DNA of 64,000 nt from a virus: the IMG/VR virus record IMGVR_UViG_3300045738_001212, positions 93,998 to 157,997 of that record. One strand, written 5' to 3'. Shown in pieces: positions 46,788-57,300 of the stretch. The position numbers were made by a program, and so were the translations under genes. Under the pieces are notes generated by a model. It was not told the origin of the DNA and did not search any database. It was given only the letters and a program-made list of their open reading frames with translations. The stretch's first letter is position 1. Every line of letters begins with the position of its first letter.

Positions 46788-48713
46788 ATGAAAAAAAAGA
46801 AAGTAGTATTCCAAACTGATTTTAGCTTGGCTAAAACGGGGTTTGGGCGCAATGCAAGAATTCTTCTAGAGTATCTTCATGCGACAGGGAAATATGACCT
46901 AGTTCACTACGTCGTCGGGCTAAATTACTCCAACCCCGAACTAGAAAGGACGCCTTGGAAATCCGTAGGTTGTCTCCCGGATAGTCAGCAAGAGCTTCAA
47001 GAGCTACAAAGAGACCCAAATGTAGCTAGGCAAGCTGGCTACGGCGCACACTATCTCGACAGGGTTATCAAAGAGGAACGACCAGATATATACATAGCTA
47101 CTCAAGATATCTGGGGGGTTGACTTTGCTTTAGAAAAAAAATGGTTTAAAAAAATAACAAGCGTCATCTGGACAACCCTCGACTCTCTCCCCCTGTTGCC
47201 CGTGGCGATAGATAAGGCTAACAAAATTGATAACTATTGGATATGGAGCAACTTCGCTGTCAAAGCCCTCCATAAATTAGACCACAAACACGTTAAGCAA
47301 GTCTCAGGGGTTATAAACGAAAAAGATTTCTACAAACTGGAAGACGAAAAAAGAAAATCGTTAAGAAAGAAGTTCCAAATCCCCGAAGACACTTTTGTTA
47401 TAGGGTTCGTATTCAGAAACCAACTAAGAAAATCTGTCCCGAATCTCCTAGAGGGGTACAAAATATTCAAAGAGCAAAACCCTGATACCAAGACGCTTTT
47501 GTTGCTACATACGCACTTCTCAGAAGGTTGGGAAATCGAACGGCTGATTAAAGAGTATGACCTGCCGAAGGAAGAAATAATCACCACGTATATTTGTCGA
47601 AACTGCCTCAACTACGAGATCAAACCCTTCACTAAACAGGACATAGACTGCAATCTCTGTCGTACCCAAAAGTCTCAAGTAACCACACAGCCTCAGATAG
47701 GGGTTGAAGAGAAGCAGTTAAACGAGGTGTACAATTTAATGGATGTTTATTGCCATCCATTTACTTCTGGAGGTCAGGAGATTCCAATCCAAGAGGCTAA
47801 ACTAGTAGAGCTTATTACCCTTGTTACAAATTATAGTTGTGGCGAAGATATGTGTGTGCCCGAAGCGGCTTCCATTGCGTTGGATTGGGCAGAATACAGG
47901 GAGCACGGAACACAATTCATCAAAGCCTCTACTTATCCAAAGTCCATAGCTGAAGGGCTTACGAAGGTTCTCAACATGGACCCAGAAGAGAGAGAGCTCC
48001 TTGGGGCGAAAGCTAAAGAGTGGACTATCAAAAATTATTCCATCAACTCTATGGGATCGTTTTTCGAGGAGTTCATAGATTCTGCCCCCTTTACTAAATA
48101 TGACTTTGAAGAAAAAGAAGAAGAGAAAAACCCCTTTTACGAAATCCCAAACATTGAAAAAGACGACGAGTGGTTGATTAATATATATGAGAACATCCTC
48201 AGAATGAAAGATGTGGACAAGGGCGATGATGGCCACCAGTATTGGATGAAAGAGCTTGAGAAGGGGGCTAATCGACGAGACATAGAAAATTATTTTCGGC
48301 AAATTGCTCTTAAAGAAAATCAAAAAAATCAAAAAATACCCTTTGAGGATTTGCTAGATGAAGACGACGAAGGCAAGAGAGTCCTCTACGTTATACCCCA
48401 AAGTATAGGTGACATTTTTCTATCAACAAGCCTGTTCAAATCAATTAAAGAGCAATACCCAGACTATAATCTATACGTAGCCATCGATCCTCAATTCAGA
48501 GATATTTTAGAAGGCGGACCCTATATTCATAAGATAATTAATTACATTCCACAAATGGACAACCTTTTGTGGCTAGAGGGCACTGGGGATCATAAAGGAT
48601 TTTTTGAAATAGCATTTCTCCCTCACTTGGGAACCCAAAGGATGCTTAGTTACTTACACAACGGTAAAGATAAAATAGCTTACAAAGACCTATGTTATGA
48701 AAGGGAACGATGA
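46788..48713 (+). CDS. GT4-like glycosyltransferase with a C-terminal GT9-like N-domain
   Basis: KTGFG, RNQLRKS, YNLMDVYCHPFTSGGQEIPIQEA; C-terminal PQSIGDIFLS...KEQYPD. Confidence 0.85.
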   Translation: MKKKKVVFQTDFSLAKTGFGRNARILLEYLHATGKYDLVHYVVGLNYSNPELERTPWKSVGCLPDSQQELQELQRDPNVARQAGYGAHYLDRVIKEERPDIYIATQDIWGVDFALEKKWFKKITSVIWTTLDSLPLLPVAIDKANKIDNYWIWSNFAVKALHKLDHKHVKQVSGVINEKDFYKLEDEKRKSLRKKFQIPEDTFVIGFVFRNQLRKSVPNLLEGYKIFKEQNPDTKTLLLLHTHFSEGWEIERLIKEYDLPKEEIITTYICRNCLNYEIKPFTKQDIDCNLCRTQKSQVTTQPQIGVEEKQLNEVYNLMDVYCHPFTSGGQEIPIQEAKLVELITLVTNYSCGEDMCVPEAASIALDWAEYREHGTQFIKASTYPKSIAEGLTKVLNMDPEERELLGAKAKEWTIKNYSINSMGSFFEEFIDSAPFTKYDFEEKEEEKNPFYEIPNIEKDDEWLINIYENILRMKDVDKGDDGHQYWMKELEKGANRRDIENYFRQIALKENQKNQKIPFEDLLDEDDEGKRVLYVIPQSIGDIFLSTSLFKSIKEQYPDYNLYVAIDPQFRDILEGGPYIHKIINYIPQMDNLLWLEGTGDHKGFFEIAFLPHLGTQRMLSYLHNGKDKIAYKDLCYERER

Positions 48714-48906
48714 ATTTACTAAAAACTTCAAAAGCCCCATACCTCCCCACCTTTCTCCCGAAGAAAGAGAGGAGTGGGAAGAAGAATTCCGCCGGGACAA
48801 AGAAGAGTTAGAGAAGAGGAAGAAGAAAGGTCTCTACAAACAACAACCAAGGAAAAGAAGAGGCAAATTAACAGAAAGAATTGCCAATCTTTTTAGATCG
48901 ACATAA
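48697..48906 (+). CDS. small charged hypothetical protein
   Basis: 69 aa ORF overlapping both neighbours. Confidence 0.55.
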   Translation: MKGNDEFTKNFKSPIPPHLSPEEREEWEEEFRRDKEELEKRKKKGLYKQQPRKRRGKLTERIANLFRST

Positions 48907-50069
48907 TGCACCTAGTAGAAACATACGCCTTAGCTTGCGGGGCCAAGATAGATAAGCCTTACATCTATGAAAAATACTTTCCGCTTCCAAACGCCAAGTA
49001 CATATCCTTCCAGCCCTTTGCTGGTGCGCCCATCAAGAACTATGATTACTGGCAAGAGGTAATTAACATATTGTCCCCTTCCCTTTCGAAAGAGAAAATT
49101 TCTATTTTACAGATCGGAGCGAAAGATGAAAAAATTTTCAAGGGATGTCTAAGCGTCGTGGGGCATACAAACGTTAATCAAGCAGCCTATGTGATAAGCA
49201 GGGGTGAACTTCACTTGGGGGCGGACAGCTTTGGTGTGCACATAGCCTCCTCTCAGGAGAAAAGAATTGTTTCTTTATATTCTAATAATCTCATCAAGAA
49301 CGTCGGGCCTTATTGGTCTGAAAGCAAAGATGTCGCTCTCCTAGAACCCAAGAGGGAAGGCAAACCAAACTATTCCACCGAAGAAAAACCGAAGTCAATA
49401 AACTCAATCAAGCCCGAAGACATAGCTCAATCTGTATGTAGACTACTAAATATAAAATTTAAAAAACCATATCAAACAATCTTTACCGGAGAAAGGTTCG
49501 GTGAAGATGAGTTCCTTGTCTTTGTTCCTGACACGATACACATGATTAGAAAGCCGCCCCAACCAATAGAGATAAGAATGGACTACCACTTCGATGAGAG
49601 CATGTTGGAAAAACAGCTAGGGATATGTCCATGTGGTATAATTACGAAGAGACCCATTAACCTTGAGATGCTTAAGCGATACAAGCCTCATGTCGGTCAC
49701 TTGTTTTATGAAATTACAGAAAATGACAAGCCAGAATTTGCCCAAGCAGTCAGGAAGTTAGGCATAAAAATCATGCCGATCTCAAGGCTTCCAAAGGAAG
49801 AGCTTTCGAGAAAGAAGATCGACTACCTAGACGTGGGCAAAATCAACGTTGTCGAAGAGCCTGATGAAAAATTAATTAAAAAAATAAAAAAAGAATCAAA
49901 TCTTTTTTATAAATCGAACAAGATAATTATGTCTCGTGAGAAAACATTCTCCAGTTACCCAAAATACAAAAAAGATCAACCAAGTAACGGAAATTTCGAG
50001 CCTGTTGAAACGTCTGATATGTTTTTCGACGACTTAGATCACTATCACATCGTGAAAAAGCTTGACTAG
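48906..50069 (+). CDS. GT9-like glycosyltransferase C-domain protein
   Basis: MHLVETY start; ILQIG; LHLGADSFGVHIA. Confidence 0.75.
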   Translation: MHLVETYALACGAKIDKPYIYEKYFPLPNAKYISFQPFAGAPIKNYDYWQEVINILSPSLSKEKISILQIGAKDEKIFKGCLSVVGHTNVNQAAYVISRGELHLGADSFGVHIASSQEKRIVSLYSNNLIKNVGPYWSESKDVALLEPKREGKPNYSTEEKPKSINSIKPEDIAQSVCRLLNIKFKKPYQTIFTGERFGEDEFLVFVPDTIHMIRKPPQPIEIRMDYHFDESMLEKQLGICPCGIITKRPINLEMLKRYKPHVGHLFYEITENDKPEFAQAVRKLGIKIMPISRLPKEELSRKKIDYLDVGKINVVEEPDEKLIKKIKKESNLFYKSNKIIMSREKTFSSYPKYKKDQPSNGNFEPVETSDMFFDDLDHYHIVKKLD

Positions 50070-50089
50070 TCAAAAGATTATGGTATAAT
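50062..50089 (+). promoter_or_regulatory. sigma70-like promoter
   Basis: TTGACT-16-TATAAT with extended TG. Confidence 0.75.
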
Positions 50090-50095
50090 CCTTAT

Positions 50096-50833
50096 ATGGC
50101 TACGAAAAAACAAAGCGGCCCGGTGGGGTCGCGAGGGAAAACTCAATTCAAGAGGGATAACAACGGGCTAATCAGTGGGGTTGATTACGTCTTTAATGAA
50201 GATGGAGCAATCGACTGGAGAGCGATGGTCAAAACTCAATATCTTGTCCCAGATAGAAATAAAACCCAAGAAACCGACGTAACCAAACTTCCTGATAATC
50301 AACTTATTATTCTTCTCGGCGGGATTAAAGAGCTTGCTCAGATCAGGGGCTATAGCTCTGTAAAATATGACGTAAAAAGCCCTAGTTCAGATTATGTTGT
50401 GGCCGCTTGCTCGATAGATTGGACTCCAAATTATGAGACAGAGAACCAAGCTGTCACATTTTCAGCAATAGGAGATGCTTCTCCCGCTAATACGACAAGC
50501 TTCGCTCGCAATTACCTCGGTCCTATCGCGGAAAATCGAGCATTCGTAAGATGTGTCAGAAGTTTTTTGAAAATAAACATTGTTTCCCAAGAAGAACTTG
50601 GAGAGCAAAATCCTTCGAAACAACAGCCCAAGACAGCAGAAGATCAAGTGGTTCCAAGCCCTCATAACGTTTTAAAAAACACAATGGAGAGCAAGGGCGT
50701 TGACTTCAAGACCATAAAGAAACGACTTGGCGATGAAGGATACGAGAAGGCAGAAGAAATCTTCTCAATTGAAGACATTCCAAAGATAAAGGTCTTTGAA
50801 CTCATAGAGAGAATCAAAAAGATTCCCGCCTAG
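50096..50833 (+). CDS. putative single-strand annealing protein (RecT/Rad52-superfamily-like)
   Basis: GIKELA...FSAIGDA...IAENRAFVRCVR...EEL resembles the SSAP core helix pattern. Confidence 0.5.
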   Translation: MATKKQSGPVGSRGKTQFKRDNNGLISGVDYVFNEDGAIDWRAMVKTQYLVPDRNKTQETDVTKLPDNQLIILLGGIKELAQIRGYSSVKYDVKSPSSDYVVAACSIDWTPNYETENQAVTFSAIGDASPANTTSFARNYLGPIAENRAFVRCVRSFLKINIVSQEELGEQNPSKQQPKTAEDQVVPSPHNVLKNTMESKGVDFKTIKKRLGDEGYEKAEEIFSIEDIPKIKVFELIERIKKIPA

Positions 50834-50836
50834 TTA

Positions 50837-52060
50837 TTACGGGTTTTGTGCCGCAGCTACAGTGGCGTAAGCTGGGTTGTAGATAATCGCTCCCACTTTT
50901 CTTTCTTTTGGTGTCGGGAAATTGTTCGGGCTTGCTATAACCAGCGGCATACACTCGTCTCTTGATATTCTTTGCTTGTTCCCTTGGTTCGTGTCTTCCC
51001 ACTCGCATAGCCCGAAAGGTATATTTTTTGTTATATATTTTTTATCGGTCTGTACCGTTCCCGCGCTTATCACCTGTCCTTTATCGTCTGTGACGAAATG
51101 TTTTCTGCTTCCGCTAGGGAATAAGTTTTTCAACTTCTGTCCAGTGGCGGGGTCAAACCCCAATTGATATTTATGTAGTCCTACTTTTAATTTTTCTATT
51201 GTTGTCGTGTTTTGGGGATTAGTGACCCCAAGGAACCAGTCAATCATGTAATAATGTAGAACAAACCAAAAAGTATTTGCAGAAGGCATACCCGATTCCC
51301 TTGAAGTTCCGGCGTTTTTTACTGCACTTATATAGTATGGCATAGCAGCCATCAAGGGCTTAAGTTTATGTTCTAAATTTCCTCTTGCTCCCGCACCCGC
51401 TAAATTTGTTTGAGTTCCATGAGCGGTCCAGTAACTAGAGGAATACTGCATCGTAAGGTCAAGAGTAGCAGCGGGAAGCATTTTACCTACGCCTGTTCTT
51501 CCGCCTCCTGCCTTATACGGTAGATTTGCCGCCCCCTTAGCTTTCCCATAAAACTGTTCAAAGTCGTCATTAACAAACGCGGAAATAAAAACAGGCGATG
51601 CCCCAGCCCACTCTTTGGGAATTTTTCTGCATTGTAATGTCTGACCGATGGCGTAATTTTCACTTAGATTAGGTATGGTGTTAATGGTATAAGTGCCGGG
51701 AGAACCAACATTTAAATTGCCCTGAGCGTCCTTCCTTCTGGTAGTTGCAAATAGTTTTCCGGGGTCCAATTCTGGTGCGCCTTCGCACGATACCCAAAGA
51801 TGCTCGGGTCTTTTTACTAGAAAAAATTGTCTAAAATATGACGAATTAGTTGGAACCTTGGTGGTTGGTTCGATCATGCAAAGCACAAACCTGCTTAATA
51901 TATCAAAAAAATATGGTTCAGTTAGCCCCGGATCGCCAGCGTTACCGACGACTTTCATTGCCACGGGGTCTCCCCCGACTGGTCCCTGATCGTCAGGCTT
52001 TTTTTGATTTTTCTTATTCGCTTTGTTTTTAGCCTGTTGCTCTCTTGATAATTTAGACAT
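50837..52060 (-). CDS. probable virion protein
   Basis: 407 aa; last gene of a tightly packed minus-strand operon. Confidence 0.6.
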   Translation of the reverse strand: MSKLSREQQAKNKANKKNQKKPDDQGPVGGDPVAMKVVGNAGDPGLTEPYFFDILSRFVLCMIEPTTKVPTNSSYFRQFFLVKRPEHLWVSCEGAPELDPGKLFATTRRKDAQGNLNVGSPGTYTINTIPNLSENYAIGQTLQCRKIPKEWAGASPVFISAFVNDDFEQFYGKAKGAANLPYKAGGGRTGVGKMLPAATLDLTMQYSSSYWTAHGTQTNLAGAGARGNLEHKLKPLMAAMPYYISAVKNAGTSRESGMPSANTFWFVLHYYMIDWFLGVTNPQNTTTIEKLKVGLHKYQLGFDPATGQKLKNLFPSGSRKHFVTDDKGQVISAGTVQTDKKYITKNIPFGLCEWEDTNQGNKQRISRDECMPLVIASPNNFPTPKERKVGAIIYNPAYATVAAAQNP

Positions 52061-52062
52061 TT

Positions 52063-54336
52063 TTATCCTCCAAAATATGTTGTGTTATATGCCCCTACGC
52101 CTTCTGAGTACAAGATGTAAGCTTTGACATAGGCCATACCAGTCTCCGTTGAGTAAGAGTTGACCCCTGAGATAAGAAACTCCTCCCTTACGTCATCTTT
52201 TCCTGTGACAACCAGTTTTGCGAATATGGGCTCGTCAATATCCAAGTTGTCGAACTCTACACAGGCATAAAAACTTGTATCATAGCTAGAAACAATACCA
52301 GAGTTCACGTACTTTTCGTTTTGAATAAAATTTTCTTCTCTAAAATCAACCAGATCACTTAAGCCAGTTAGATATACTCCTGTTTTTAAATTCCATGTTT
52401 CTGTAAAGTCATAAAGCGTACCTTTCGTGTTAAACAGGAACTCTCCCGATAAATCATCTCCCAATATAGCCGTCCAAATTTCTCCATAATTTTCGCAACT
52501 AGCCTGAGTCGTATAGGAGGTGTCGGTACAAAAACCCCTATCAGGGCCGAACAAGTCTTCAGAATCCCTTGTAATTCTTAACCGAGGCTTGTAAACATCA
52601 GGTTCATAGCCCGATCCGGGATTAGTAATTAGTACCCCTGAAAAAGCATAAATAGAGTTTCCTGTTTCCACAAAGTACGGCACCCCGGTAAGATAGGCTG
52701 CTTGTTCTTTAAGGCGGGACTCTGGCACAAACCGCTCGAAAGTATAAAGGGCTCCGTATGACCACGGCAAGTCATAAGCGTAAGGCGTGTCAATAACGAC
52801 CCCTTCTTCTCTAAAGCCACCCGCGACAGTACCGTCCTGTACCATCATTCCTGTAGCCGCAAATACTGCTGGGGCTTTGGTGTATCCGGTACCGAAATCG
52901 GTCATTTCAAACCCTGTTATTCTTCTCCAATTTGTATCACTTGTTGTCCAAGTTTCATTGTTGTAAAGTTCGCACTCGTCTTCGCTTGTGTATTGGGGGT
53001 CTGAACAAACATAATTATATGTCCTCGGGTGGGGTGAGTTTGAGTCGATATTGAAAGTAAACTGAAAGGGTTCCGTAAGGAAATACCCCGCTGCTCCTGC
53101 GCCTAATTCCCCCTCATGCCCAGAAAAAAGCATAGAGATTTTATCTGGAGTGCCTTGGCTAAAAATATTTTGAGAATTAAATTCAACCCCAGTGACCCTG
53201 CTATAACTTAGGAATTCTACCAATGGGGCTTGTCCTGAATAGCTTCCACTCCCCGGTATTTCTCCCCTGCATATTTCCAAGTCTGATTGCCAAGTTGCTC
53301 CGTTAGTTTCACACGCTTCCTTGCTTGCGTATATTGAGTTAGAGCAAGAATGGTCTGACCCGGTGCAATAAGCTAAATTTTTGTCATACGTTAGCCATGA
53401 CGCTACATAAGTCCCGGTGTAAAGCTCTTGGTTGGCTGGCGAAACATTTTCTAATGAAAAATATAATGGCTTTGGCAATTCCACCATACCTTCCCCGTAT
53501 TCTTCGTTGGTTCCCTGTACGCTGTACTCTAAATTATATGCTATTTTTTGTCTTGCGTCTGCCAGCCAGCTAAAGCCAGTTGCGTCTCCGCTACCCAAGA
53601 AAGATGGCTCTATCGTATCTATCCCCTCTTCGGCTATTGAAAAATTTAATACGTCATTAAAATAACCAGACACCCTAAAGGCCATAATGTCATGGCTTAC
53701 TGCCCCGAACGTGGTCACAAGGGACAAGGTAGAACTAGCTTCAGAATCATATAGAATCTCAGATACGTCATGAAGCTCAAATTCTAAAGTCGATAGGGCG
53801 GGCATGTCTCCCGTCACAATTCCGGTAAAGGCGTTGTTACTTACCCCATCCCCCTGAACTAATTCGCTTGATAGAATCTTGAAACCTATGGCGGAAGAAT
53901 TAACAATACGCCCGTTTAATGTTCTCCCAGCGATAAAATAATCATCAACTTCAACCGAATAATTAATAATTGGGCAGAACATTTCCAGACCCAAGGATAA
54001 TTGGCAATCCTGAGTTTTCACAAAAAACTTTTCAGTTGCAAACCCTTGCTTGGCGGAACCATCAACAACTAATACGTCGTTTATGTAGTACCTGTAGCTA
54101 GAGTCGTTATAGTCTCCAGATATAGTGATTTGTTCGTCTGAACCATAGCTGTAGGCAAACCTGTTGTTGGGGTCTAAAAGTCTTTGCCCCGACATTAAGA
54201 ATGAAAATACTTGATTGTCCCCAGAAAACCCGAACTCTGCCACTCCGGTACGATTGTCCAGAGTCAGGCTGCTGAAAACAAAAGATAGGTTTTCTGTCCT
54301 TGGAGTGGGTACGTAATGTTCTCCAGAGAAATCCAT
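52063..54336 (-). CDS. probable virion/tail protein, S/T-G rich, with three C-C-W modules
   Basis: 757 aa; ITNPGSGY-type motifs; 30 SG/TG dipeptides by manual count. Confidence 0.7.
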   Translation of the reverse strand: MDFSGEHYVPTPRTENLSFVFSSLTLDNRTGVAEFGFSGDNQVFSFLMSGQRLLDPNNRFAYSYGSDEQITISGDYNDSSYRYYINDVLVVDGSAKQGFATEKFFVKTQDCQLSLGLEMFCPIINYSVEVDDYFIAGRTLNGRIVNSSAIGFKILSSELVQGDGVSNNAFTGIVTGDMPALSTLEFELHDVSEILYDSEASSTLSLVTTFGAVSHDIMAFRVSGYFNDVLNFSIAEEGIDTIEPSFLGSGDATGFSWLADARQKIAYNLEYSVQGTNEEYGEGMVELPKPLYFSLENVSPANQELYTGTYVASWLTYDKNLAYCTGSDHSCSNSIYASKEACETNGATWQSDLEICRGEIPGSGSYSGQAPLVEFLSYSRVTGVEFNSQNIFSQGTPDKISMLFSGHEGELGAGAAGYFLTEPFQFTFNIDSNSPHPRTYNYVCSDPQYTSEDECELYNNETWTTSDTNWRRITGFEMTDFGTGYTKAPAVFAATGMMVQDGTVAGGFREEGVVIDTPYAYDLPWSYGALYTFERFVPESRLKEQAAYLTGVPYFVETGNSIYAFSGVLITNPGSGYEPDVYKPRLRITRDSEDLFGPDRGFCTDTSYTTQASCENYGEIWTAILGDDLSGEFLFNTKGTLYDFTETWNLKTGVYLTGLSDLVDFREENFIQNEKYVNSGIVSSYDTSFYACVEFDNLDIDEPIFAKLVVTGKDDVREEFLISGVNSYSTETGMAYVKAYILYSEGVGAYNTTYFGG

Positions 54337-54337
54337 C

Positions 54338-57300
54338 CTAAAGCATCCTTGGCCCGATTTTGTTTAGAATGCTTTCCTGTTGTGGAGCTTGCGCTGGCCT
54401 ATCGGCAAAGGTCAAAGAAGTTTCAACTCCTCCGTCAGAAAGCGAAACGTTTATACTTGTTAGCCCATTCCTCGGTTCACATACCTGTTTGAAAAAAGGA
54501 AAATCTAATAGAGACCCGGCTAATTTTAAATCTACTTTTTGATTTGGCTTAAGAACACTATAATTATTCAATCCACCACCTATATTCGGCCTTTGTTTGG
54601 CGTCGCCATAGGCAATTACATTATGGTATTGTTCTATAGTTTGTATCGCGTCACCGTCTTGATCGTACATTTTTGTTACGAAACCCCTTCCGTCTGGGTC
54701 TAGCATGGCTCCCATGTCAGGATCAATTGTATTATTTATTACCTTTATTCCTGCGGTAGCGTTTTCATTCGCGGGTGGCTCTCCATAAATTTCCATTAAT
54801 TCCGGCATTCGATCTTCAATCGTCACGTTAGCGTTCCAAATCCCGCTATATAATTGGAATGCCCTCGAACTCGAAGGCAGTCGTACACCTAAGTTATCAA
54901 CCAACTTAAAGTTGTTCATTGGGTAAACGATGTTTTTTACGAAACTTTTTCTCGGCAAGTATTCCAAGTCTTCTTCCAAGTCCATCAAGTGATAGTGCCC
55001 CAAGTCGGAGGTGGGAACATAGCCTTCTTGATCTGGATTTCTGACAACAGTTAGTCTCAGTACTCTGGAATTTTCCATCCCATTCCACGGGGCACCATTG
55101 GGCATTATGTACCCACCAATCAACGCCTTATCAAATCCTTCCTTATAATTACCTGTTGGGTCAACAGCGCATGAATTTACGTCCATATTTCCCCATCCGC
55201 CTCGCTGAAAGCTTGCTGGATCAGTTCTTCCTCTGTGCTTTATGGCTTCTTCACAGAATTCATACAGGATATCTCTATCACACTTGTTCCTTATGTCGGC
55301 AACCTGCCTTCTCTTGCGCTCCGCTAACTCCCACAGTTCTCTTTGCTTTCTTGCTTCTGTGTTGACTACGCCTCGGCCAAGATATTTGGCGTCAAAGTAA
55401 ATGTTGGGATGAGTTTTCACGTTTGGGATAACCATCAGCGTAACCTTTTTACAGGCATTTCTAAACTGATAGTCAATGTCCCAACTGCTAACGCTTACTT
55501 CATCCACGAGCTTGCCATCATTATACAAATTTTGTAATAGGTCTGAACAAGCGTCTAGCATTTGCTCTGTGTCATCGAAAAATTTAGGAGCGAACATCCC
55601 GATATCCCAGCTTTGTTTTTTCTCTGGCCAAGGCCGATTTACTATTTCTTCAAATCCTCCAGCTTGAATTGTATTTAATGAGTCGTTGAATTGCTGACAC
55701 GCATTATCGTTAAAAGCCCTACTCCATTCTTTATCAAAGTTATCCTTGGTGTAGCCCCAAGGGTTGTCCAGTGTGCAAAAGTACAGGCCCGTAGGCATGA
55801 AGTTACCTGAGTTAACTAGTACTCCATTGTACGGGGCGGTAAATGCTGCCGCGCTGTAGGTGGGCTGTTGGCCATGTTCTAAACTTAATATTGGATATTG
55901 CTGTGCATCGGGCTCAAAAGTGCTGTTCAACTTGGGGATGGATAGCCCCTTATCCCCCGGTTGCAAACCAGCACCCCCATCAGTGACCCCGAAGTAGTCC
56001 CTTGGGACAAATGGATAAGCAGGGAGTGTCCCTCCGACGATAGCTCCAAATTTGTACATTCCTTCAGCGCATCTCTGTTCCCACGCCACATATTCATCGT
56101 GAAGAGCTTTGTCATAGTATCCCACGAAGATTTTATAGTCAGCCGCGTCCATGCTAATGTCTTCGATTTCCTGCTTGTTGAGAAAAATTTCTAAAACATT
56201 TTGTTTTACCATGACGTTTTCTACTTCTGAAATCCGCTGGAAGCCTAACGCTTCCATTTGGGCGGTAAGCTCTTTTTTTTCGTATGCGTTTGGACGCCCC
56301 GGAAAGTTCTTTCTTTTGGTTGATGTGGGTACCGCAGGAACAGCTTCTAATTGGGCTTGAGTAGCTAAAGTGTTTGATGCTCCCCCGCCAGCAGCTTGCG
56401 TATATAGCCTAGTATCGCCTTCTTGAGCGTGACCCACGGGGTAAGTGTCAACGGGGCATAAAGTACTTAAAGCGTACTCTGATAAACGTGACCCTACGTA
56501 TATGTCCCTTAATTCCCTGCTGTAACGAGACAATGCTATTGATACGTCCATGTCCCATAGCTGTCTATTGGTTCTGTGGTCCAAGCGTAGTCTTCCGTCG
56601 TGGGTCGATGCGTCTCCCAATTCCTGTGTGGGAAGAAAACGTGGGTTTTCCCAAGGAAAAGAGTTCGCTAATTGTATATATTTAAAGTCTTCCCCCAACA
56701 AGCTAGTGTAATTAGTTTCGGTTTTGTTCGGCATACTGAAGTCCAACGGGTGAAGCGGTAGTACTGGGACGTATCTTGTAATTGTCTTTTTTCGTTCTTT
56801 CACCATGAACGGTTTGATATTTGAAGTTATACAGCTTTGGACGAACGTGTTTTCTAGGGTAGAAGATTCCTTATAGGATATAATGGCTGAAGTTCCTGCT
56901 GCTGTTGCTCCAAATTCCATTCCCATAGGAGTGGAAGGATCAACTATGTTTCGGATGGGAGCTACATCTGCCCCCCGTTGCAAGTCGAGGAAATAAAAAC
57001 CCTGAAAACTATTAGCTCCAACCGGAGGGAACAGGGGATTTGTGTTATCCCTGTAGTAATAGTCCAAGGCAAATACCCCGCACCACTGTTCTAATACTTC
57101 CCTGAGTGTACCAATATAATTCGCCCTGTATCTTGGGTTTTTGTCCGGGCTTCTAGGGACTCCATTTGGGTAGGTGATATTTCCGAATTTCAAACCTCTA
57201 AGCTTTAAGCTGTCCAAAAGCTCGGTGAAATTATAACTTACATTAGGTGCCTCTCCGCACGGCTTTTCTTGGAACTCTTCTGTCCCGATTATTAAATAAC

